Source: an uncultured Candidatus Peribacteria bacterium (lineage in GTDB: Bacteria > Patescibacteriota > Gracilibacteria > Peribacterales > Peribacteraceae). Taken from it: a DNA stretch of 64,000 nucleotides. This document shows positions 1 through 7,852 of this stretch, in pieces. The stretch lies in the NCBI GenBank assembly GCA_964448405.1, contig CAYUVW010000001.1, positions 17,795 through 81,794 of the forward strand, given 5' to 3'. Position 1 is the first letter of the stretch; each line of letters opens with the position of its first letter. Both the position numbers and the translations under genes were made by a program. Below the pieces are notes generated by a model. That model saw only the letters and a list, made by a program, of their open reading frames with translations. It was not told the origin of the DNA and did not search any database.

Positions 1-1101
1 GAGCTCAGGGCGCTTGTAGGCCACCACGCGGCGCGCACTGGCGATGGTCAGCGTGTTTTCATCCAACGGGATGACCGAGTACTTGTTTGCTTCTTGAATC
101 AAACGGCGCTTGGAAACCCGATGCGCCTCCCACAGCGCTTGATCGGGAATGTCGTGCGAAGCCTTGGAAAGTACCGACGGATTCTCGCGCCACCCTGTGC
201 AGTAACGATCCAGCAGATGACGCATGTCTTCACTTGCCCAGTGTTCGGCGTGCACGCCGTTGGTAATGTGGTCGATATTTTCACCAGGAAACATCGCACG
301 GGATACCATGCCGTGTACGCGTGCCACGCCGCAGGTGTAACGGCTGAGGTGCATGGCGAGCAGCGTCATCGACAAGCTGTCTTCTCCAGCGATCTTGCGG
401 ATGTGCCACGGCAGCATGTCGCCCACCACTTTGTAGGCCATGTCGTAAGGGAATACGTCGTGGCCGGCCTTTACGGGTGTGTGCGTGGTGAATGCGCAGC
501 TTGGACGAACGTTGTCGTCTTTGTAGTCGCGTTCACGCAGCAGCTCGAGCGTAAGGAACGCAGCATGTCCTTCGTTCATGTGGAACGTGCCGACGTTCTG
601 GTAGCCGAGTTTGCGCAACATGCGCACGCCGCCGATGCCCAGCACCACTTCCTGCTTCAGGCGCATGTAGCCGTCGCCGCCGTACAAATACTTGGTGATG
701 TCGCGGTCCCACGGCTGGTTCTCCGGCAGATTCGTATCCAAAAAATAGACCGGCACCGTGTGGCCGCGGCTTTCGAGTTCGAGTACCCACACACCTACTT
801 TCACCTGGCGTCCTTCAATGGTGACTTCCACGGTCTGCGGCAGCTTTTTCAATACCTCGGACGGATTCCAGTTCATTTCGCTGTACTGCTGCGAGCCGTC
901 GGCATTGATCGATTGCTTCATGTAACCGTGCTGCCAACACATCGTCATGGCGGCGGCCTTTACGCCCAAGTCGGTGGCCGAACGCATGATGTCTGCGGCC
1001 AGTACGCCCAACCCACCGGCAAACGTGGGAATTTGGCGCGAGAAGCCGATCTCCATTGTGAAGTATCCGACGGTGAGATCCTTAGCGATGGGTGTCGCCA
1101 T
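1..1101 (-). CDS. glgP: alpha-glucan (glycogen/maltodextrin) phosphorylase, GT35 family, N-terminal part; the gene runs off the window start
   Basis: Absent from the ORF track because it is open at the edge. The reverse complement from 1101 reads MATPIAKDLTVGYFTMEIGFSRQIPTFAGGLGVLAAD. Further on it reads QNVGTFHMNEGHAAFLTLEL and AFTTHTPVKAGHDVFPYD. These are the hallmark N-terminal blocks of alpha-glucan phosphorylases. Confidence 0.85.
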   Translation of the reverse strand, partial: MATPIAKDLTVGYFTMEIGFSRQIPTFAGGLGVLAADIMRSATDLGVKAAAMTMCWQHGYMKQSINADGSQQYSEMNWNPSEVLKKLPQTVEVTIEGRQVKVGVWVLELESRGHTVPVYFLDTNLPENQPWDRDITKYLYGGDGYMRLKQEVVLGIGGVRMLRKLGYQNVGTFHMNEGHAAFLTLELLRERDYKDDNVRPSCAFTTHTPVKAGHDVFPYDMAYKVVGDMLPWHIRKIAGEDSLSMTLLAMHLSRYTCGVARVHGMVSRAMFPGENIDHITNGVHAEHWASEDMRHLLDRYCTGWRENPSVLSKASHDIPDQALWEAHRVSKRRLIQEANKYSVIPLDENTLTIASARRVVAYKRPEL

Positions 1102-1119
1102 GGGACGTATGCGAAAAGA

Positions 1120-1725
1120 TTAATTTTGGTTGATTTGCGGCGCAATCACCTCGCCGAAATTCGCGGGCTTTGCGATAATATCGCCGATACGCTTAATAAT
1201 TTCCTGCTGCGTCGGACGAGCACCTGCAGCGCCGATTTCAAAGCTCTTTGCTACAAAGACGCGTCCGTCGGCCGTGTTGTACATCAGGGTTGCCGTATTA
1301 TCTGCACCCAGAGTGACACGGTAGCTGTTGTTTGCATTCAAGCGACGGAATCCCGGGTCGCTGTTTGCGTTCTTCAGGGCGCTTTTCAATGCGAGGTTCA
1401 ATCGCAACTTGAATGCCTGTTGCTCCGTAGCATTTCGAACGTCGGGGTTTCCACGCAGTGCGTCGGCAACCATCTTGAGCTTTCCTCCTGCACGGTCACT
1501 CGGCGTTTCATTCGATGGCGGAAGTATGAGCTCAGGGTCGTTGTTCGCGGCCAGATCTGCATGGGCCTTATCAACCATTTCCTGCTTCCGGACATTGTCG
1601 GCTCTATTGCTCGCAGTAGCCGAGTCGCCCGTTGGCAGAACAAGCGGAAGTTCTTGCCAAATGCATCGCGCTTCACGCAGTGAAAACTCCTTTCGGGAGT
1701 TCTGGAATAAGGAAAGCTTCTGCAT
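1120..1725 (-). CDS. hypothetical protein (201 aa), directly upstream of glgP on the same strand
   Basis: ORF of ordinary amino-acid composition, 18 nt upstream of the glgP start. No motif recognised. Confidence 0.55.
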   Translation of the reverse strand: MQKLSLFQNSRKEFSLREARCIWQELPLVLPTGDSATASNRADNVRKQEMVDKAHADLAANNDPELILPPSNETPSDRAGGKLKMVADALRGNPDVRNATEQQAFKLRLNLALKSALKNANSDPGFRRLNANNSYRVTLGADNTATLMYNTADGRVFVAKSFEIGAAGARPTQQEIIKRIGDIIAKPANFGEVIAPQINQN

Positions 1726-1829
1726 AAAAGAAATGGGAATGGATATTTTTCTTATTGATATTATAACATATTAATACTTATTTGACAATAACCTGTCTCA
1801 GCCGGAAGGCTTATCGTAGGTGCCAATCC

Positions 1830-3227
1830 ATGGCCATTGATCCGCACATCTTTCGGGCATACGACATCCGCGGCAAGGCGTATACGCAACTGAATGCAGA
1901 AGCATGTTGGTGGATTGCCGCCGCATTCGGATCCATAGTTCGCGAGAACTATGCCAACGATACGAACACTCCCACCGTGGTCGTCGGGCACGATGCGCGA
2001 ACGCACAGCCCCGAATTTATGGAGGAAGTGGTTTCCGGCCTTATGGCTTCCGGTTGCAGTGTAAAGCGCATTGGCCAAACGCCGAGTCCGTTGAATTACT
2101 TTACGGTGTGCAACCGCGGTTTCGATGCGGGCATCCAGATTACGGCCAGTCACAACCCCAAAGAAGACAATGGACTGAAGCTGCACCTGCGGGGCGCCGA
2201 GGCGTATGCAGGCGAAGATTTGCAGCGACTGCGTGAACGCATTGAAGCGAAGAACACGCTTACCGGCACCGGCTCAGTGGAAGATATAGAAGCCGAAATG
2301 ACGTATCTCGAATACCTAGAGCAGTTGTTCCCGGCTGCAGGAGGTCGTCGCCACGTTATCGTCGATGGCGGCAACGGCGTCGCGGGTCCGACCTATGCGT
2401 TGGCGCTCAAGCGAATTAAAGCCAAGGTGACGGGCATGTATCTCAAGCCCGACGGCACGTTCCCAAATCATCCGGCGGATCCCAGTAAATATTCCACGCT
2501 GGTGGATTTGCAGCAGAAAGTCGTGGAGCTGAAAGCCGACTGCGGATTTGCATTCGACGGCGACGGCGACCGTCTGGGCGTGGTGGACGAGAAAGGCCAG
2601 ATCGTGACCGCCGACCAGCTCTTGCTCTTACTCGCGAAGGATCACCTCAGTCGCAATCCAGGAGCTCCGGTTATTTTCACAGTGAGCAATTCAGGGTTGC
2701 TGGAAAGCGAAATAACCAAGTGGGGTGGCAAGCCGGTCATGTGCAAAGTCGGCCATTCGTTCGTGGAACATGCCATGCGTGACCACAACGCCAAGTTGGG
2801 AGGTGAGCAGTCGGGTCACTTTTTCTGCGGCGAGGCATACTACGGCTTCGATGACGCGTTAGTGGCTGCCATGCGCGTGCTGAGCATTTTGAGTGCCAAC
2901 AAGAAGGCCAAGCTGTCCGAACTCATCGCGGAGTTTCCGAAAGTCTTCCAGGCACACGAGTTGCGTCCGCATTGTGACGATACCAAGAAAAAGGACGTGG
3001 TCGACCGCGTGTCGAAGTTCTTTGCAGCAAGTCACCCGGTGAATACGTTGGATGGCGCGAGAATTGATTTCGGTGACGGTGCTTGGGCGGGCGTGCGGTA
3101 CAGCAATACAAGTCCGTGCCTTTCGGTTTGCATTGAGGCCCGGAGCGAGGAGAAATTACAGGCGGTGGAGGCCGAGGTTCTGGGGCATTTGAGAACGTAC
3201 GAAGAGGTCCAGTTGGAGACGAAATAG
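1830..3227 (+). CDS. phosphomannomutase/phosphoglucomutase (alpha-D-phosphohexomutase)
   Basis: Active-site loop ITASHNPKEDNGLK, Mg site FDGDGDRLGVVD and sugar loop GGEQSGHFF. Start moved to ATG 1830 (MAIDPHIFRAYDIRG). Confidence 0.9.
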   Translation: MAIDPHIFRAYDIRGKAYTQLNAEACWWIAAAFGSIVRENYANDTNTPTVVVGHDARTHSPEFMEEVVSGLMASGCSVKRIGQTPSPLNYFTVCNRGFDAGIQITASHNPKEDNGLKLHLRGAEAYAGEDLQRLRERIEAKNTLTGTGSVEDIEAEMTYLEYLEQLFPAAGGRRHVIVDGGNGVAGPTYALALKRIKAKVTGMYLKPDGTFPNHPADPSKYSTLVDLQQKVVELKADCGFAFDGDGDRLGVVDEKGQIVTADQLLLLLAKDHLSRNPGAPVIFTVSNSGLLESEITKWGGKPVMCKVGHSFVEHAMRDHNAKLGGEQSGHFFCGEAYYGFDDALVAAMRVLSILSANKKAKLSELIAEFPKVFQAHELRPHCDDTKKKDVVDRVSKFFAASHPVNTLDGARIDFGDGAWAGVRYSNTSPCLSVCIEARSEEKLQAVEAEVLGHLRTYEEVQLETK

Positions 3228-3233
3228 CGGCAG

Positions 3234-3280
3234 GAGTCCAAGGATTTCAAAGAGTTCAAGGAGTCCAAGGAAGATTCCCT
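3234..3280 (+). repeat. intergenic array of ~9-nt units (GGAGTCCAA GGATTTCAAA GAGTTCAA GGAGTCCAA GGAAGATTCC); family 1, forward orientation
   Basis: Read directly. It starts 7 nt after the PMM stop. Its inverted partner lies at 3654-3698. Confidence 0.85.
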
Positions 3281-3296
3281 CATTTATTCTGAGGGT

Positions 3297-3653
3297 ATGC
3301 ATATTCGTCTTCATGAACGGCTTGTTGTCTGGCAAGAGGCATACAAATTGTGCCTATCGATATACCGGATGACTTCGGATTTTCCCTCCTACGAGAAATT
3401 TGGATTAACCAGTCAGCTTCGGCGTGCAGCTGCCAGCATCGCGCTCAATATCGCCGAGGGAAACGCAAAAAGAACCAAGGGTGATAAATGTAGATTTCTC
3501 GATATTGCGTTTGGATCACTGGAGGAGGTGCATTGTGCAACGCGCCTCAGTCGTGATTTGGAATACATTGATACGGCAAAGTTCGAGCAGGTCGATCGTC
3601 ATGTCCATAGGACAAGCTTTCTTTTGAATCGGCTCCGCAGAACCCTTGCATAA
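3297..3653 (+). CDS. four-helix-bundle protein (23S rRNA intervening-sequence protein family)
   Basis: LVVWQEAYKLCLSIY...FGLTSQLRRAAASIALNIAEGNAKRTKGDKCRFLDIAFGSLEEV matches the family pattern as I recall it. Confidence 0.85.
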   Translation: MHIRLHERLVVWQEAYKLCLSIYRMTSDFPSYEKFGLTSQLRRAAASIALNIAEGNAKRTKGDKCRFLDIAFGSLEEVHCATRLSRDLEYIDTAKFEQVDRHVHRTSFLLNRLRRTLA

Positions 3654-3698
3654 GATTCCTTGGACTCTTTGGAATCCTTGGTTTCTTTGGACTCCTAG
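3654..3698 (-). repeat. family-1 9-mer array, inverted orientation (the reverse complement reads GGAGTCCAAA GAAACCAA GGATTCCAAA GAGTCCAA GGAATC)
   Basis: Read directly. It begins 1 nt after the four-helix-bundle stop. Confidence 0.85.
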
Positions 3699-3727
3699 GC
3701 CACTATGTCCTCATCAGCAACCTACTC

Positions 3728-5365
3728 ATGACCTCCCCGCTCTCCCTCACCGGCCGCCAATGGGTCATGCGCCGCGATGCAGTACCCGATCTTATCGAAA
3801 CACTGGCGAAAGAAAGAGGTTTGGACGATGTGGTAACAGGGAAGCCATTAAAACTTTCCGACCCCCTCAAATTTCCCGAGGCCTCCAAAGCCGTCGAACG
3901 CATCGAGCACGCGATGAAATCCGGAGAAACCATCGGCATTTTCGGCGACTACGACGCCGATGGTATTACCGGCTGCGCCCAGCTCGTACGCTACTTTCGT
4001 CGTCACAATATCGAGCCTGTCGTGCATCTGCCGCACCGCGCCACCGAGGGGTACGGCATGAAAATCAGCAGCTTGAACGCATTGCATGCCAAAGGCGTGA
4101 GGGTGCTCATCACCGTGGACACCGGCATTGCCGCCACCGCCGAAATCGCGCACGCCAAGACACTCGGCATGGACGTCATCGTTACCGATCACCACGCCGC
4201 CCCCCAAGGCCGCCCCGACGCATACGCCGTGCTGCATCCGCTCATCCCAACGCCGTTTCCCAACCAGCATCTTTCAGGGTCCGGCGTAGCACTCATGCTG
4301 GTACGTGCGCTCGAACACGGCAAGCCGTGGCCGGGGATAGAACAAGACATTATCCTGGCCGCCATCGGCACTATCGGGGACCTGGTCCCGCTTACCGGTG
4401 AGAACCGCGGACTTGTCATTCACGCGCTGCGCCTGCTTTCTAAATTGCCAGATTCGCCGCTGAAAGATTTTGCCGATGCCGTGCGCGGCCAGAGCGCCCA
4501 GGCGCTTACCAGCACCGATATCGCATTCCGTATCGTGCCGCGCATTAATGCCAGCGGCCGTATCGATCATCCAATTGTGGCGCTGCAAGCATTGCTCGAC
4601 GGAGGAGACTCGCTCGAAAAATTGCATGCGCTGAATACCGAACGCCAGGGCATCACCGGCAAGATGGTCGAGCTGGCCGTGTCGCTGATCGACCCAACGC
4701 AGCCGTTTTTGTGTGTGGCCAACAGCGAGTTCCACTCCGGTGTCGTGGGCCTCATTTCCGGTGCGCTCACAGAACGCTATGGCCGTCCCAGCCTGGTGGC
4801 CGCCGTCACCGGCGACATCTGCACCGCGTCGCTACGCAGTATCCCCCAGGTGAACGTTGCGGCACTGCTGAATATGCCTGGCGTCCGCGACTTGCTTATC
4901 ACGTACGGCGGACACGCGCAGGCCGCCGGTTGCACGTTCAACATTGCCAACCTTGCCGCAGTGCAGACGGCGTTGAATACATGCATGCGCGAACAAGGTT
5001 TTACCGGCGATGCCATGCGACCGGTCCTGCACATCGACGCAACGCTGCCACTGACAAGCGTCACCATCCCGTTCACCGAATCCATTCAGCGACTGGAGCC
5101 ATTCGGCATGGGCAACGATCAGCCGGTTTTCCTATTGCAAGGCCAGTCCATTGAATGGGTTCGCACCGTCGGTGCCGATGGTAAGCACCTGCAATGCCGC
5201 GTGGGTGGCAAGAAAGCGGTGGGCTTTGGCCTGGGAGCGCATGCGCAGTCGCTCACCGACAAAGAGTGTTGGGACGTTGCGTGTACGCTCAGTATCAGCG
5301 ATTGGAACGATAAGCGCGAAGTGCAGCTCATGATGAAAGATATCCGGCCGCTGAAAAAGAGCTAA
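3728..5365 (+). CDS. recJ: single-stranded-DNA-specific exonuclease RecJ
   Basis: DHH-family motifs GIFGDYDADGITG and VIVTDHH, plus overall RecJ length and architecture. Confidence 0.9.
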   Translation: MTSPLSLTGRQWVMRRDAVPDLIETLAKERGLDDVVTGKPLKLSDPLKFPEASKAVERIEHAMKSGETIGIFGDYDADGITGCAQLVRYFRRHNIEPVVHLPHRATEGYGMKISSLNALHAKGVRVLITVDTGIAATAEIAHAKTLGMDVIVTDHHAAPQGRPDAYAVLHPLIPTPFPNQHLSGSGVALMLVRALEHGKPWPGIEQDIILAAIGTIGDLVPLTGENRGLVIHALRLLSKLPDSPLKDFADAVRGQSAQALTSTDIAFRIVPRINASGRIDHPIVALQALLDGGDSLEKLHALNTERQGITGKMVELAVSLIDPTQPFLCVANSEFHSGVVGLISGALTERYGRPSLVAAVTGDICTASLRSIPQVNVAALLNMPGVRDLLITYGGHAQAAGCTFNIANLAAVQTALNTCMREQGFTGDAMRPVLHIDATLPLTSVTIPFTESIQRLEPFGMGNDQPVFLLQGQSIEWVRTVGADGKHLQCRVGGKKAVGFGLGAHAQSLTDKECWDVACTLSISDWNDKREVQLMMKDIRPLKKS

Positions 5366-5460
5366 CCGCAACTGCGACGCAGCGTCGCAGACGGCCGCAG
5401 GCCGAAATCATATCCCCGGAACGCGGCGTTCCGGCTGCGGGCGTTATTGGATTGGATACA

Positions 5461-5481
5461 AAAAAGACCCCTTTCGGGGTC
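5461..5481 (-). terminator. intrinsic terminator for the XRE gene
   Basis: Hairpin GACCCC-TTTC-GGGGTC (5466-5481). On the minus strand it is followed by a U run (plus-strand AAAAA, 5461-5465). Confidence 0.6.
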
Positions 5482-5509
5482 CTTGGATTCTTAAAGTTGG
5501 GGTCGCGGC

Positions 5510-5734
5510 CTAGACCGGAACCAAGCTTCCCTCGACGGAGAAGACTTCGGTCACCGGAGCATTCAGAGCCATGGAAATCTTGTAGGCAAGCAGCACCGAC
5601 GGGTTCGTAGCACCGCGCTCGATGGACATGATCGTCTGGCGGCTGACACCGACGCGCAGCGCAAGTTCCTCCTGCGTCATCCCGCGCTCGAAGCGCAGGC
5701 GGCGGATGTTGTTCCTGAGGGTTGCGGTCGGCAT
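5510..5734 (-). CDS. XRE-family helix-turn-helix transcriptional regulator (74 aa)
   Basis: [32 protein letters not shown] is a classic Cro/C1-type HTH. Confidence 0.85.
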   Translation of the reverse strand: MPTATLRNNIRRLRFERGMTQEELALRVGVSRQTIMSIERGATNPSVLLAYKISMALNAPVTEVFSVEGSLVPV

Positions 5735-5761
5735 CGTAGGGAAGGGGGAGAAACCGTTCGT

Positions 5762-5785
5762 CTACTCACTACGGTAGTCGAGTAG
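5762..5785. promoter_or_regulatory. candidate operator: near-perfect 11-bp-arm palindrome CTACTCACTAC-G-GTAGT(C)GAGTAG
   Basis: Read directly. It lies 28-51 nt upstream of the XRE start, inside the XRE/hsp20 divergent region. Confidence 0.4.
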
Positions 5786-5985
5786 GCGCGGGAATTGTAC
5801 TCATCTTCTCCTATGCGGCAAGTCTATTTTCCATAGATCTAGCGCCAGAGTCTCACGGCCCTGTCCATGCCCGAATGCCGCATCATTGACGAATTAAAAA
5901 AATAGTATGACTACTTTCTCGTACCAATGAGGGCAGTTTCGAACGCTACCATCTCATAAATAAGAGAATTTGCCATACGGCATTT

Positions 5986-6015
5986 TTGCCGAATACAAGC
6001 GACATTCGCTACATT
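5986..6015 (+). promoter_or_regulatory. sigma70-like promoter of hsp20: TTGCCG-N18-TACATT, with the -10 ending 7 nt before the ATG
   Basis: Hexamers read at 5986-5991 and 6010-6015; ATG at 6023. Confidence 0.45.
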
Positions 6016-6022
6016 GGACGCC

Positions 6023-6496
6023 ATGATCCCCTCTCCGTTCCACGGCATTTTCTCGGCGTCGACCGAGGCCGATGCCGATGGAGCAGTCGAGCGACGCAGT
6101 CCAGTGCATGCGCATGCCAAGTCCCATGCGGTGAAGCCGGTTGCCCCCGTGAACTCCACGCAGCCGCAAACGGGCGGCCAGGTCGCTTTGGATATTTTCG
6201 AATTCGACAATTACTACATTCTGAAAGCGCCGATGGCCGGCGTAAAATTGGCGGATCTGGATATCGAAATCACCGACAACGTCATTACCATTCGCGGCCA
6301 GCGCAAACAGACCGACGACATTCCGCAGAATCAGTATTACCTGCAGGAATGTTTTTGGGGTGAGTTCAGCCGGTCGGTGACGCTGCCGTGCTCCATTGAT
6401 CCAAAGAAAGTGAAGGCCACCTTCAACAAAGACGCCATCTTGAAAATTTTGGTGCCGAAAGAAGAGCGCGTGAAAATCATCCGTATCAGCGAATAA
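6023..6496 (+). CDS. Hsp20/alpha-crystallin small heat-shock protein
   Basis: LDIFEFDNYYILKAPMAGVKLADLDIEITDNVITIRGQR...FSRSVTLPCSIDPKKVKATFNKDAILKILVPK. The track start at 6014 is a TTG, so I prefer ATG 6023. Confidence 0.9.
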   Translation: MIPSPFHGIFSASTEADADGAVERRSPVHAHAKSHAVKPVAPVNSTQPQTGGQVALDIFEFDNYYILKAPMAGVKLADLDIEITDNVITIRGQRKQTDDIPQNQYYLQECFWGEFSRSVTLPCSIDPKKVKATFNKDAILKILVPKEERVKIIRISE

Positions 6497-6584
6497 AGGA
6501 AAGAGTCCGAAGAATCCGCTGAAGAAGTCGTTCATCCTCTTCTTTGGTTTCCTTGGCGGCAGCTGCATCGTGTAGTCTGTCGAC

Positions 6585-7247
6585 ATGAAGCACCCTTTTC
6601 TTGTGACAGGCATTCTCTCGTTGCTGCTGCTCTCTGCTTGCAATGGCGCAAGTGAGGCCGCAACGCAGTACCAACAAGGCCTGAAATACTGGCAGGGAGA
6701 TGGTGTCGTTGCCGACGGAGCGAAGGCGGTGCAATTGTTCACGAGCGCAGCCGATGCCGGAAATGCCGATGCTCAGCTGACTCTTGGCTATCTGTATATG
6801 AAAGGCGAAGGCGTGGAGATGAACGCGGAAAAAGCCACCGAGTTATTCGTGAAGGCAGCCAAGCAGGGTGGACGCGATGCTCAGTACAACGCCGGTCTTG
6901 CCTATGCGCGCGGAACGGGTTCGACGCTGAATTATGTCGAGGCCCTCAAATGGTTCAAGCTTGCTGCCGAACAAGGTGATGTCGGCGCGCAGTACAACGT
7001 TGGTGTCATGCTTGCCAATGGCGAAGGCGCCCCCAAGGATCTCGTAGGATCGTATGTCTGGTTTACGTTGGCCGTTGAAGGAGGCGATGCCGAGGCTTCT
7101 GAAAGCCAAAAGAGCATTGAGTCTGCACTGACGCAGGAGCAAATGAAAGAAGCGGAAACACTCCTGGAGCAACTGCGTGAAAGTGTGCGTCGCGCGTCAC
7201 CTCCGGGATCCAAGCCCACGGTGCAAGTGAAGACGCAGTCGCTGTAA
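6585..7247 (+). CDS. Sel1-repeat (TPR-like) lipoprotein
   Basis: Lipobox LLLLSAC after an N-terminal signal. About 5 Sel1 units (A..LF..AA..G.A.AQ..LG..Y..G.GV). Confidence 0.85.
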   Translation: MKHPFLVTGILSLLLLSACNGASEAATQYQQGLKYWQGDGVVADGAKAVQLFTSAADAGNADAQLTLGYLYMKGEGVEMNAEKATELFVKAAKQGGRDAQYNAGLAYARGTGSTLNYVEALKWFKLAAEQGDVGAQYNVGVMLANGEGAPKDLVGSYVWFTLAVEGGDAEASESQKSIESALTQEQMKEAETLLEQLRESVRRASPPGSKPTVQVKTQSL

Positions 7248-7326
7248 GCGTATCGGACGACGAGGAACTCACTTTCGCGGTCTGCGGGGAGTGCTAGGCT
7301 AATCCATGCCCGCAAGGGCGAATGTC

Positions 7327-7360
7327 CTCCGACGCCCATGGGAAACCACGGGCGTCGGAG
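7327..7360. terminator. 11-bp perfect hairpin between convergent genes
   Basis: CTCCGACGCCC-12 nt loop-GGGCGTCGGAG. There is no clear U run, so it is terminator-like only. Confidence 0.4.
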
Positions 7361-7411
7361 TGATACTGAGAACACTCCTTCCTTGGAGCTGAACGTCGCG
7401 AGCGTCCCGGC

Positions 7412-7519
7412 TCACGACACGTTGGCAACCTTGAGCTTGCGGCGGAGCATCTTGCGCTTCCACTTCTTGAGCGCGCGACGCTTCTTGCGCTGTTCCAGGT
7501 TTGCCTTACGCAGATTCAT
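7412..7519 (-). CDS. 35-aa highly basic protein, possibly bS22 / AURKAIP1-COX24-like
   Basis: MNLRKANLEQRKKRRALKKWKRKMLRRKLKVANVS. It is preceded by GGAGG plus 7 nt (7527-7531). The KKRR..KK..RK.LRR core resembles actinobacterial bS22 as I recall it. Confidence 0.4.
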   Translation of the reverse strand: MNLRKANLEQRKKRRALKKWKRKMLRRKLKVANVS

Positions 7520-7826
7520 GGGACCGACCTCCGAAAGATGTGAGTGTGACCAGATTCCACTTGCCGCTGCCCTCGAGACTACGAGAGCAAACGCGGACGA
7601 AAGCGGATTCCTTGTCGCCGGTGATGCGAATGAACGAGATGTCCGTAACGACCAAGAGCCCCCCGGGTGAGTGAGGGGTGCGTTGTGTGCGAGAGATTCA
7701 TTTCCGTTTACACAACAACACCCCGTCCACGCAGCGTGGCCTGCTTCGACATCGTGGCGGCGCAGGAGGAGTGAGAGAGTGTCATCGGTGACTCCAAACT
7801 TTATCGATCTCCTATCGAGAGTCAAT
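7520..7826 (-). promoter_or_regulatory. putative promoter (TTGACT-N16-TAAAGT at 7825-7798) plus a ~270-nt structured leader of the mini-ORF
   Basis: Hexamers read on the minus strand. Long imperfect hairpin at 7674-7723 (GGGGTGCGTTGTGT / ACACAACAACACCCC), enclosed by GCGTGGACG / CGTCCGCGT. Confidence 0.3.
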
Positions 7827-7852
7827 AATATTCTTGGGAATGTGCGTACAAT

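Noticed and set aside
94-1683. 529-aa plus-strand ORF, the longest ORF at the left end of the window.
   Set aside because: Its translation is Arg/Val/His-rich nonsense. The opposite strand encodes an unmistakable alpha-glucan phosphorylase N-terminus (1..1101) and a plausible 201-aa gene. It is a typical antisense shadow ORF in high-GC DNA.
7600-7852. THF or ZTP riboswitch on the plus strand upstream of pabA.
   Set aside because: The hairpin GCGUUGUGUG...CACAACAA superficially recalls the THF aptamer P3, but I could not place the other conserved THF elements or the ZTP CCGCCUGGGC box. In addition, a TACAAT -10 sits directly at the pabA start. It is kept only as something to test by cmscan.
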